From Anaeramoeba ignava BMAN (taxonomy: Eukaryota; Protista; Anaeramoebae): a stretch of 64,000 nucleotides of DNA. Below the pieces are notes generated by a model. The model was given only the letters and a program-made list of their open reading frames with translations. It was not told the DNA's origin and did not search any database. Of this stretch, positions 22,744 through 34,271 are shown in pieces (position 1 is the stretch's first letter; each line of letters starts with the position of its first letter). A program made the position numbers and the translations under genes. Location: contig JAPDFW010000136.1 in assembly GCA_028826165.1 (NCBI GenBank), forward strand, positions 682,001-746,000, written 5' to 3'.

Positions 22744-25730
22744 ATGACTGAACAATCTTTACAAGGAATTATAAGAAATTTAACAGAAAAAGTTGGAGAG
22801 AAACGAAGACAAGCAGCAACAGATCTATTAGAACAAATAGTAATTTGGAAAAACCGGGATGAAAAAAGCAACATTTCAGAATCAATAAAACAACTTTCAG
22901 ATTTCATACGAAATCGGCATCAATCTGGACGAAGAGGAGTACTTTTAGGACTAGCAGCTGTTGCTGTGGGACTTCAAGACTTAATTCAATTGTATCAAGG
23001 TCCTATTTTGGAATCTGTTATTAATTGTTTTGATGATCCAGAACCTTCAATTCGATATTTTGCTTGTGAAACTCTTTATAATGTTGCTCATGTTTCAAGA
23101 GGCTTTATCCTTATTTTTATTCGTGATATTTTTTCTGCTATTTGTAAACTCATCGATGATAAAGACTCAAATGTTAGAAAAGTCGCTCATCTTGTTGATA
23201 CTCATCTTAAAGATATTGTTACTGAAAATTCTTCTAGTCCAAATTTTAGAATTGATGAACTTGTTCAAATTCTTAGTTCTAAAATGGGAACAGAAATTCA
23301 GTACAATATTAAAATTCATTTTGAAATTAAAATTAAAATTAAAATTAAAATTAAAATTAAAATTAAAATTAAAATTAAAATTAATATTAAAATTAATTTT
23401 GAAATTAATATTAAAATTAAAATTAAAATTAAAATTCAAAAATTAAAATTAAAATTAAAATTAAAATTAAAATTAAAATTAATATTAAAATTAAAATTAA
23501 TATTGAAATTAAAATTCATTTTGAAATTAAAATTAATATTAAAATTAAAATTAAAATTAAAATTAAAATTAATATTAAAATTCAAATTAAAATTAAAATT
23601 AATATTAAAATTCAATATTAATATTAATATTCAAATTAAAAATTAAAATTAAAATTAATATTCATTTTGAAATTAATATTAAAATTCAAATTAAATTTAA
23701 TATTGAAATTAATATTAAAATTCAAATTAAAATTAAAATTATTAAAATTCAAAATTAATATTAATATTCATTTTGAAATTAAAATTAATATTGAAATTAA
23801 AATTAAAATTAAAATTCAAATTAAAATTAAAATTCAAATTAAAATTAAAATTAATATTAAAATTCAATAAAATTTAAAAATTAAATTTGAAAATTAATAT
23901 TAATATTAAAATTCAAAATTTAAAAATAAATTTAGAAATCAACAAAAACTTATAGTTAGTTGGATAGAAACTTTAAACTCAATTCCAAACGTTGATTTAT
24001 TACAATTTCTTCCTCAATTAATTGATGGACTTTTTCGATTTTTATCATCACCAAATGAAGAAGTTCAATCAAAAGCAAACATTTTATTTATTGAATTCAA
24101 AAATGAAATGACAAATCGAGCAAAATCAAAAATTTCGAACGTGAATTACTCAGGATTAATTAAATTATTAACACCTTTTTTTGATTCAAAAGAAATTTTA
24201 ATTGTAAAAACAGCTATAAATTGGATTAATGAAATTATTCTTCTTGGAAAAGAACGTGTTTTATCTGATATCTCCGAACTGATAAATGTCATCCTGCCTT
24301 GTCTTTCAAGCACAAACGAAGACATAAAGAAAAGTGCATTTACTGGAAATGAAAAACTTAAAGAATTAATTGGTGAAATTTCAACTGATCAAATTTATAC
24401 AAAAAAAGAAAGCCAAAATTTCCATCAAATGAATACCATTAGTAATTTGGAAAATAATCAAGATGAGAAAGAAAAAAATATGGAAAATCTTCAGGATGAT
24501 GAAGATATAAAGAAGGATCTTGGAAATGTTGTTCCCAATGAAGAGAACTTCAACCAAGAAAATTTTGAAAATGATAAAAATGATAAAAATGAAAAAATAG
24601 CCTTTGAAAGGCAACCAAATTTACCAGAAAAAAAACATAAAACAGCACTTTATTTGGAGAGAAGTCTCTCGAAATTAAATTCCTCGCAAGATTCTATAGA
24701 AGAGGAATGTCGATTGGATCCTTATTCAATAATTCATATGATCCCAATTCATTTTGCAAGTGAATTCAGTCAAACAAAAATAGAAGCTTTAAGATGGATT
24801 GGGATAATATACGAGAAGAAAGCCTTCGAAGTATCCGAAGAGCTTTTCAATTCTCTCTTACAACTTCTCAAGGATGTCTCTCATAAGGTCGTCCTGTTTG
24901 TTATTGATGTATTGTGCAATTTTTGTGGAACTCATTCTGACAACTTACATTTTTTTATGAAAAAATTAATTGGATTTTTTGAAAAAAATACAAAACTTCT
25001 CGAACATCGAGGAATCTTCATAATCAGGAGGATTTGCAAACTATTGGACTCCATCAAAGTGTTTGTATCACTTGCAACAAACATTTTGTTCTGCAACACT
25101 CTTCATTTCTCGCAATTGATGATCCGAAATCTCAACCTGATGCTTTTTACATCCCCTGAATTATCGGATTTGAGAAGGATTCTGATAGAGTCTGGCAGCA
25201 GTCCGAAGACCTTGCAAGACACCAGCGAGGATGACGATCTCTTTTGCACCCTTTTCCGTTCTTGGTGTGTTTGTCCTGCTTCCACTTTGGGTCTTTGTTT
25301 GCTTCATCAGAAATACAATCTTGCAGGCCATATCTCTCAGACTATCTCAAAACTCCCTGTTGATCTTTCGCTTCTTCTCGAACTAGACAAGCTCGTTCAA
25401 TTGCTTGAAACTCCTGTGTTCGCTATGCTCAGGGTTCATCTTCTGGAAGCAGAAAAATACCAGTCGTTGGTTAGATGTTTATATTCAATTTTTGTTCAAA
25501 TCCCTCAATCTCGTTCTTTCAATATCTTAGACAACAGACTCAATTCTGTTACTAGAATGATCTTCTTTGATTCTTTCCAAAAAAAATCTTCTGACAAAAC
25601 TCAGGCTTATATCAATGAATTAGAGAATTGTTTTGTTCAAAAACAAATTCAAGTTAGGAAAATTAATGTATTAATTAATCCAAATGTTGGTGAAATTGTT
25701 AAAGAAGAAAAGAATCATATCAAAATTTAA
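22744..25730 (+). CDS. VAC14: VAC14 homolog (PIKfyve/Fab1 complex scaffold). Exons 22744-23300 and 23936-25730
   Basis: RRGVLLGLAAVAVGL..IRYFACETLYNVA; post-intron LIVSWIETLNSIPNVDLLQFLPQLIDGLF; C-terminal LFRSWC..ELDKLVQLLETPVFAMLRVHLLE..PQSRSFNILDNRL. Confidence 0.93.
23310..23930. repeat. Intronic (AAAATT)n-type microsatellite
   Basis: Inside VAC14 intron 23301-23935. Confidence 0.95.
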
Positions 25731-25819
25731 TTTTTGGTTTTGGAATTAAAAATTAAAAATTAAAAATTAAAAATTAAATTAAAATTAAATTAAATTAAAG
25801 TAAAATTAAATTTTGATTT

Positions 25820-28800
25820 TCATTTCTTCTTGCTTTCGAGAATAGAATTGAAATTGCTTGTTTTTTCAAGTTGATAAAAATCTTCAAATTCCAAAAATTC
25901 TTGATAAAGTTCTTCAGAAACTTCAATTTCATCTGGAAACTTATCATGATATAACCAATAAAATAATATATTGAGAGATTGAATTGATCTTTCAGAATAA
26001 TCAGAAACACTGTCAGAACTTTCTTTAACCATAATAAACATTGAACGAAACAAATTAGATCGAGTAGCAAGAACAATTTTATGAATTTTAAGTTCTTGTC
26101 CATTTTTGCATTTTATTCTGAAATCTTTGCTTTTTTCATCTTTATATAATTCATTAAGATCATGAAGAAGTGATTTTTTTCCAATTTTCTCTTTAAAATT
26201 TGCCAATCCAATTTCTTTTGATATTTTTTCAAGTAAATCCAAATCTTGAAAAGTTTGAATAACTCCACAATAAACAAATCTTAAGAAAATTTGAGTTTCA
26301 TTGGATGTATAGTTTTTGAATATATCTTTGTTTAAATTCATAAAAATTTCATTTCCAAGTCTCATTCTCAAAATATCTTTATGACATTCTATTGATTCAT
26401 CAGAACATTCAAAAACAAAATCTGTTAATTCCTTTCTGATTAATAAATCTTCAAATTCTCCAACAATACTATAATATTCATTAATTTCTTTCATTACTTC
26501 CTTATCAGTAAGAGCATCTAATGGAGTTTTTTTATTCTAATTACTCAATAAATAAGATATTTTTTTTAATCAATAATTTTCAAACTAAAACAAAACAAAA
26601 TAAAATATTTACAATCTAAAAAAAAATGGAATAAATAAATCAATCAATAAATCAATTTTCTCTTTTTCTTTTTAAAATACATCTTCTGAACGAATTGATC
26701 CACCATAATCAATTAAAGTTTTAATTGAATCAAATCTTGGAGTTGATTTAGATCGACAAAAAACTGCTAATGGAGTGTTTTCCTTAAAAATAGATAATCA
26801 AAATTTTTTTTCTTTTTTAAATTCTCAAAAAAACAAATCCATTTTCTTGTTCCTCTTTTTTTATTTACAAACTAAAAAAAATGTTATTTTATGAATTAAT
26901 TAATGAATTATTTATAATAACTTTTATTTTTACTTTCTAAAATGAATTAAAAATTAAAATTATTTTTTTTTTAATTTTTGGAGAATATTTGATTTGAAAA
27001 TACATCTCTTGAATTAACAAATGCTCCATTTTCAATAAATAATTCAATAAATTCTGGACCAAGTCTATTCATAGCAATAAAATGCAAAGGGGTTCTCAAC
27101 TTGATTTATTAAGAAAATAAACAATTTTTTTAATAATAATAAATTTATTTGAAGAAAATTTACTTGATCCTATCAAAAAAAAAAGCATTTAAATTAATTC
27201 TATTCTTTGGAAAACAATAATAAATATTTGATTTATTTCTTTACATTTTGAAAAATTTTGATTTTTGAGTTTTTCCATTTTCTTTACAATATCAATATTC
27301 GCATTACTTTTAAAGAAAAATGAATGTTCTCAAAAAGTTGTTCTTTTATTTTGAATAAAAATAAAATGAAAAGAATTTTAGATTCAGAAAAAGAAAATCA
27401 TTTGAAAAACTTCAATTTGTTACATCAAAAATTGATTTTCTGGACTTGTTTATTTTAAAAATATTATCCAAAAATATTATCAAAAATAAATCCAAAAATA
27501 TTTTCATCCAAAAAAATTATCCAAAAATATTATCAAAAAAATTTTCAATGAATCAAAAATTTTTATTTTTTAAAAATTTTTAATAAATTCTACTAAATTT
27601 AGAAAATGCACATGCAAAATGTAATGGGAGAAAAACAATTTATAATTTAGAAAAATTTAAAATTTATTTAAAAATTTTTATTCAAAAAAAATAGAATTTC
27701 ATTTAAAAACTTTAAAAGAAAAGAAAAGAGAATTCAAAAATTAGAAAAATTTTTGAAGATTTAAAAAGTTAAAAGACTCAAATTATCAAAAATGCAAATT
27801 ATTTCAAAATTTAAAATAAAATTAAAAATCAAACATTCAAAACATTTAATTTTTGTCTTTCTCAAATCGATGAATCACAAATCTGGTCAAATGATTCTTT
27901 GATCAAAAAAGATAAATTGGAGTATATTTATAATTTTCAAAAGAAATATTGAAAAATCTCGACTAATAATTAAATGGAAGCAAACCAATCCTCAGTTATC
28001 TTTTGTTTTGGCTTATGATGGAAGATGGTCCTCAAGGAGAAATGCTCAAGAAGGAACTGTTTCTTTTATATGCAAGGAAGGACCAAACAGTTTAATCGAC
28101 AAATTAATTTTATCCATGACACAAAGAAAAAAAACTCATGAAGAAAGTCCTATTAGATCGCACTTTTTTGAAGGTTCCCAAGATTTCAAACTAGGCAGTT
28201 TTATTTTGGAGGTTAAAATATAAAAAATGTAATTTCTTTTTGTTTTTAAAATTTTTAAAAGATAAAATTTTAATTGATTCTAGTTCAAAGAATATAATGA
28301 AAATAATGAATTCTGAAAATCATCAGGTTGAAGAACTTTTTGATCCAAATCACTGGTTTAAAAATTTCTTAACCCCTTTTTAAATCCAGTTTTGAAATTA
28401 AATCAAAAATTTCATTTAAAAGTTCTAATTTAAAAATTAAAGAAAAAATGAAAAACTTTTTCATTCGGAAATTTCAAATTGGTTAAAGTTTTTGGATCGA
28501 ATCTGGTTAAGAATTTTGATAAATTTAAAGCCATCTTTAAAAATGCAATTCAAAGAGCAAGGAAACATTCTTTAATCCAACTTCAAACAACTTAAAGTGA
28601 ATAATTTTTGTCAGGAAAAATTTGATTTAAAAAAAGTACCCAATAAGAAAGAAAGATTAAGTTTATAGTTTGCAAGAAAAATTAAACATTTTTTAAAGTT
28701 CAAATTGAAGATGCAAAAAAAAATCATTCATTCATACTCGACCAATATTGTGGAAAGTTGGAATAACACTTAATTTCAATTAAAATGGTTCCTAAAAATG

Positions 28801-31257
28801 AAAAATTTTTAATCATTTTTTGTTTTATTCGTTGCTTTTTATTAAATGGAATCAAGGATATGAAGGATTATTTATTTTTAATTTTTCGAAACAAAAGAAA
28901 AAATAATGAAAAACATCAAGAGAAAAAAGAAAAATTAAAATGACACTTATTATTACAAAAAGATTAAATTTTTAAAAATATTTCAAAAATTTTTGATTAA
29001 ATTTTTGATTAAAATTTTTCTTTTATTAAATTTTTATTTGCTTGATGAAAAATAAAAATAAAAACGAGAACTTTTTGAGTTAATTCATTTTTTATTTTAT
29101 TTGAGCACCAAAATAAAAACCAAAAATATTTTTTTATTAAGTTCTTAAATTTTTGAAACCTTTTAAAATTTTTATAAAGTTTTTGATTAAAATTTTTTAA
29201 ATTTTTACAAAATTTTTTAAAATTTTTGCAAAATTTTTTTAATTTTTGATTAAATTTTTATTAAATTTTTATTTTTTTTTAAGTTTTTGATTCTTTCAAT
29301 AAATAACAGGTTGAATTTTTGAAGATATCTAATTTTTATTTTTTCTTCCAAATAATGATTAAATTTCAATTAAATTTTTATTAAATTTTTGATTAAATTC
29401 TTTATTAAATTTTTATTAAATTTTTATTAAACTTTATTAAATTCTTTATTAATTTTTTCATTAAATTTTAAAGATAAATTTTTTTAAATTTTTATTATAA
29501 TGTTATATTTTCATAAATTTTTAATTAAATTTTTGATTAAAGAAATATTAAATTTTTATTCTCCCTTCTATACATTTTTTTTCATCTTATTTTTTTAAAT
29601 TTTTAAATTTTGGTGAAAATGTTTATTTAACAGTGAAAAATTGTGTTATTTTCATCAATTAATAAATCAAAATAAACATATTTTCAAAGAAAGTTAACAA
29701 GAACTTGAGAAAAATCCCCAAATTGGTTATCATATATCAGTAGGAATATTATTCCCAAAACTTTGAACAAAGAATATATTCTTGATTTTTGAAAATCAAA
29801 ATGAGTTGAGATTTTGTATTCTCATTTTCAATTCACAATCTTTTTCATCATCTTCCAAATTTTTTTCAAAAAAGAAAAATAAAAGTTTAGATGAAACTTT
29901 CAAAAGTCAAGGGTTTAAATAAAAAAAAGGTTTAAATATTTTTGCAAAAGGTTTAAATATTTTTGCAAAAGGTTTAAATATTTTTGCAAAAGGTTTAAAT
30001 ATTTTTGCAAAAGGTTTAAATATTTTTGCAAAAAGTTTAAATATTTTTGCAAAAGGTTTAAACCAAAGTTGAAAAGGTGTAATTCTATTCTTTGGAAAAC
30101 AATAATAAATATTTGATTTATTTCTTTACATTTTGACAATTTGGATTTGCTCCTTCTTTTAATAATAACTTTACAATATCAATATTCGCATTACTTTTAC
30201 AAGAAAAATGAAGAGGAGTTGTTCCCTTTTATTTTGAATAAAAAAAATAAAATGAAAACAGAATTTAGATTCAGAAAAAGAAAATCATTTGAAAAAACTT
30301 TATTTCTACATTCTATTGATTAAAATTGAAAAAATATTTAAAAATATTATCCAAAAATATTATTATCCAAAAATATTTTACTGGTGGAAAATTTAAATTT
30401 GCTCCTTTTGAAATTAATAATTTAATAAAGACTAAATCTTTAGAAAATGCACATGCAAAATGTAATGGGGAGAAAAACTAAAATTATTTTAGTAAATTTA
30501 TTTATTTATTAATTTTTTATTCAAATAAAATAAATGGTTTCATTTACAGACTTTGAAAATATCAAGAAAACAAAAGAAAATTATTATATTTTTATTTTTA
30601 AATTCATTTTAAAAGTTACTTGCTAATTTTGATTTAAATAAATTATTTGAAATGAAATTAAAAATTAAAAATCAAACATTCAAAACATTTAATTTTGCTC
30701 CTTTTTCAACTAAATAATTAAGAATTTCCGATTGACTAAATTTAGCAACAATATGAATTGGAGAATCACCCTAATTATATTTATAATTTTTAAAATTAAA
30801 TATTCAAAAATATCTAAAACAAATTTTACATCCTTTTTTATTTTTAGATTTGGATTTTAATTGATTTCTAAAAAGGAACAAAAAAAATAATTATTTTTAC
30901 TGACTAAAATTTAATAAGAAATTTGAATATATTTATTATTATTTATTATTATTTATTTTTTACATTTATTGCATTAACATCAACTCCAAGTTCAATTAAT
31001 AATTTTACTACTTCAAAAGATTTATTTTGACAAGCAAAATATAAAGGAGTAATTTCCTTTTTTTTGTTTTTTTTAAAATTTAAAATAAAAAAGCAAAAAT
31101 TTTAATTACATTCTAAAAAATAAAGAATAATAAATAAAAAGAGAATTGAGAACAAAAAATTATTTTTTATTACTGTAACTGCATTTAAATCATGAGATTT
31201 TGCAAATTTCTTAATTCCTTTTAAATTCTTTTTTGAAATTAAATCAAAAATTTCCAT
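25820..31257 (-). CDS. Ankyrin-repeat + tandem BTB protein built with microexons. Exons: 31257-31174, 31112-31110(N), 31056-30964, 30903-30901(S), 30832-30830(D), 30770-30678, 30622-30620(Q), 30550-30548(S), 30477-30382, 30312-30310(N), 30225-30130, 27169-27164(DQ), 27099-27004, 26936-26934(K), 26871-26869(F), 26782-26681, 26615-26613(I), 26536-25820
   Basis: All introns are phase-0 GT..AG. Product: MEIFDLISKKNLKGIKKFAKSHDLNAVT|N|EITPLYFAC..GVDVNAIN|S|D|GDSPIHIVA..GAKLNVLN|Q|S|FFSPLHFAC..GANLNFPP|N|GTTPLHFSC..GANPNCQN|DQ|LRTPLHFIA..GAFVNSRD|K|F|ENTPLAVFC..SIRSED|I|NKKTPLDAL.., then two BTB domains (TDFVF..CHKDILRMR; KDFRI..HKIVLATRSNLFRSMF). Confidence 0.88.
27860..30079 (+). mobile_element. 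Degenerate Mutator-like (MULE) DNA transposon inside an ankyrin-gene intron; right end at 30079, left end not resolved
   Basis: Fragments LAYDGRWSSRRNAQEGTVSFI..HFFEGS (28008-28180) and KKIIHSYSTNIVESWNNT (~28715-28770) resemble the first-Asp and Glu motifs of Mutator-like DDE transposases. A 21-bp subterminal tandem array precedes an abrupt return to intron sequence at 30080. Confidence 0.6.
29913..30060. repeat. 21-bp tandem repeat GGTTTAAATATTTTTGCAAAA, ~6 copies (putative transposon subterminal repeat)
   Basis: Direct reading. Confidence 0.92.
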
Positions 31258-31329
31258 TTAAAAATTATTTAAAAAATTAAAAAAGAAAAAAAAAATGAAA
31301 AAACTTTTTTTCATTTTTTTCTTTTCAAA
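31258..31329. promoter_or_regulatory. 72-bp bidirectional promoter with mirrored AAAATGAAAA / TTTTCATTTT Inr-like elements
   Basis: Lies between divergent ATGs at 31257(-) and 31330(+). The same arrangement is seen at 3568-3701, 8093-8220 and 46976-47054. Confidence 0.55.
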
Positions 31330-31737
31330 ATGGGATTAAAAATTGAATTAAGAAATTGGAAAGAATTCCTTGAAAAATTTAATTTCCCATCTTTAGAAAA
31401 ATGGCCACAAAGAGCAATTACACATTTAGATTATTTTTTCACAAATTATATTGTTATAACTATTTTTTTTGTTATTATTGTTAGTTTACAGGATCCAATT
31501 TGTTTATTAACACCTATTCCAGTTATTTTTATAATTTCAACTTTATACTTTTTAGAAAAAGAAAATGTGTTTAAATTTGAAAACTCAAAAATAAGAATTT
31601 TAATTTATTGTTTAGCAATTATTTTAAGTAAGAAAATTTAATTTCAATTCAAAATTGGAAAAAATTGAAAAAAATTTTTTAATCTTTTTGTTTTAGTTTC
31701 TGGCTTTTTTTTATTGATTGTTGCAGAATTTTATTAA
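31330..31737 (+). CDS. PRA1 (prenylated Rab acceptor) family protein; 3' end apparently truncated. Intron ~31628-31696
   Basis: LRNWKEFLEKFNFPSLEKWPQRAITHLDYFFTNYIVI fits the PRA1 N-terminal motif. After the intron the frame runs into a repeat and stops. Confidence 0.65.
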
Positions 31738-31744
31738 ATTTTTA

Positions 31745-32235
31745 GTTAAATTTTTTTTTAATTTTTTTCATTAAATTTTTAGAAAATTTTTTCAAATTTT
31801 TAAAAATTTTTAAGAAAAATTTTTGAATAAATTTTCAAAATTTTTATTAAATTTTTATTAAATTTTTTATTAAATTTTTTATTAAATTCTTTATTAAATT
31901 CTTTATTAAATTTTTTATTAAATTTTTATTAAATTCTTTATTAAATTTTTTATTAAATTTTTGATTAAATTCTTGATTAAAATTAAATTTTTATTAAATT
32001 TTTATTAAATTTTTGATTAAATTTTTATTAAATTCTTTATTAAATTTTTTATTAAATTCTTGATTAAATTTTTTATTAAATTTTTGATTAAATTTTTTAT
32101 TAAATTTTTATTAAATTTTTGATTAAATTTTTGATTAAATTTTTTATTAAATTTTTAATTAAATTTTTTATTAAATTCTTTATTAAATTTTTTATTAAAT
32201 TTTTGATTAAATTTTTGATTAAATTTTTGATTAAT
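31745..32235. repeat. ~12-nt tandem repeat (TTAAATTTTTGA/TTAAATTTTTTA)
   Basis: Direct reading. Confidence 0.9.
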
Positions 32236-32259
32236 TTTTTGGAAAGAAAAATAAAAAGA

Positions 32260-33982
32260 TCACTTGCAAAATTCACTCATTTTATCTTCATGTTTAAGAT
32301 GCATTAAAGAATTAATTGAATTATATAACATCACACTAGCACTAACCCAAATAGCAATAGCAATAACAAACAAAATAAGAGAAGTTTTTTTATATTTTTT
32401 AACTAAATAATTCAAGTAAATTTTTCCAATAGGAAATGCAATGAAAGTAATTCCAAAAAACCAGAATCCATTAGCATATGGAACTAATCCAAGAATAAGG
32501 AATTGAATTGATGTTGAAGATGATGTGAATAAAACAATCATGGCTGTTGATGCTGTTAAAACTTGTGGATTAATTTTCATTTCAACTAAAACAAATGAAA
32601 TTATTAAACCTCCTCCAATTCCAAGCATTCCTGCAAGAAATCCTGTCACAAAACAAGCAATTGCAAATAGAAAAATTACTTTTTTTCTCCATTGAATATC
32701 TCCTTTCTTTTAATTAAGAAAAAAAGTGAAAAAAATTTTAATTCCACTTTTTGTTCCACTTTTTTTTGTAATTTAAAAAAATATTATTAAATACTTACAA
32801 CATTTGGGAAATTAATTTGTTCTTTCTTTTTCTTTTTGTCTAACAATAACTTTCCAATATAAATTGTTAATAAAATATCTATTGGTACTGATAAAAGCAT
32901 AACAACCCAAAATGAAGGTGAACATTTTTCAATTCCAACTAAACTTTTTTTTGAGTTTCCTCCTTTAACCAAAGAAATTATAAATGTAATCAACCAAACA
33001 ACAATTATTAAAAATAATCTTTTAAATCCAATTTTTTCTTCGCTTCTCATGATTTTTTGAATTTGGATATCTTTATCAAGATCTGAGTTTGGTTTTAATT
33101 GCTTTTCTTCATTTTCAAGTTGATCATAATTGATATCAATCCAAAATTGTTCTTTCTTTGTATTATCATCATTTTTATCATTTTTATCATTATTTTCATT
33201 ATTTTCATTATTTTCATTATTTTCATTATTTTCATTATTTTCATTATTTTCATTATTTTCATTATTTTCATTATTTTCATTATTATTATCTTCTGTATTT
33301 AAACTTTGATCGGGTTCAATTTCTTTCCAATAATCTGTAGAAACCTCTTCAGTAACAAATTCATTTTGACTTTCATTCTCACTATATCCATTTTTTTGTG
33401 AATTTTCTCCAATTTCTGATCTTTGTTTTGAAAAATCAATTTCTTCCAAATTCACCGATTCATCATTGACTTGATTGATTTGTTGATTTAAACTGGAACC
33501 ATTTAATTCCTTACGATTTTTGAGTTTTTGTTTCAATTCAAGTTCTTTTTTTCTTTCTTGATTTTCCAATTTATATTTTCTAAATGCTTTAAGAGTAGAA
33601 CGATAACCAATAATAATCAATAGTAAAAAAAGAGTACTAATAACAAGCCATTCAGGAAGAAGAACATTAGCCAAAACACCAACAACAGTACCAGCAAGAG
33701 TCATTGGTTGTGAAAGAAGAGCAATATCATAATCAATAAGAGGACGATTTGCTTGAGGATGTTTTTTTGGGTAATTTACTATTAATATTGTTATTGCTCC
33801 TCCAAAAATTGCAAAATTGGATAACGGAACCGCTGTTGTTGATGGTAAAGTAAGTATTAAATAAAATATTCCAACAAATAATACTCCTCCTCCAACTCCT
33901 GCTCCTGCTGATAAAAGTGATGATAAAAAACTAAAATTGAAGAAACTATAAATAAAGTTGAAAAAGTAATTGAATCATTCAT
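32260..33982 (-). CDS. Sulfite exporter TauE/SafE family transporter, paralog 1. Intron 32707-32798; apparent 1-nt homopolymer frameshift ~33925
   Basis: AGAGVGGGVLFVGIF..RPLIDYDIALLSQPMTLAGTVVGV; GFLAGMLGIGGGLII..PQVLTASTAMIVLFTSS. Confidence 0.85.
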
Positions 33983-34271
33983 TGTTTTTCTTGTTTTGAT
34001 TGCTTTTTTTTTTTAAAATTAATTTATTGGTTTCTAATTGAAAAAAAATGAAAAAAAATATTTAAAAAAAAAATTTTTTTTATTCTTCTGTTGAATTAAT
34101 GAGTTGTTGATTAAAAAAATGTTTTCCTTTTTTTTTTTTCGTCTTTCATTATCCAAAAAAATTTTTTCTTCTTCTTTATTATTTTTATTATTTTTATTTT
34201 TATTTTTATTTTTATTATTTTTGTTAAAGAAAAAAAAAAAAGCAAAAATAAAGAAGTAATTAATTAAATAA

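Noticed and set aside
27245-27860. Mutually exclusive alternative ankyrin exons (Dscam-like)
   Set aside because: The copies are garbled, with frameshifts and lost splice sites, and are colinear with 30130-30700. They are better explained as a chimeric consensus or decayed duplication.
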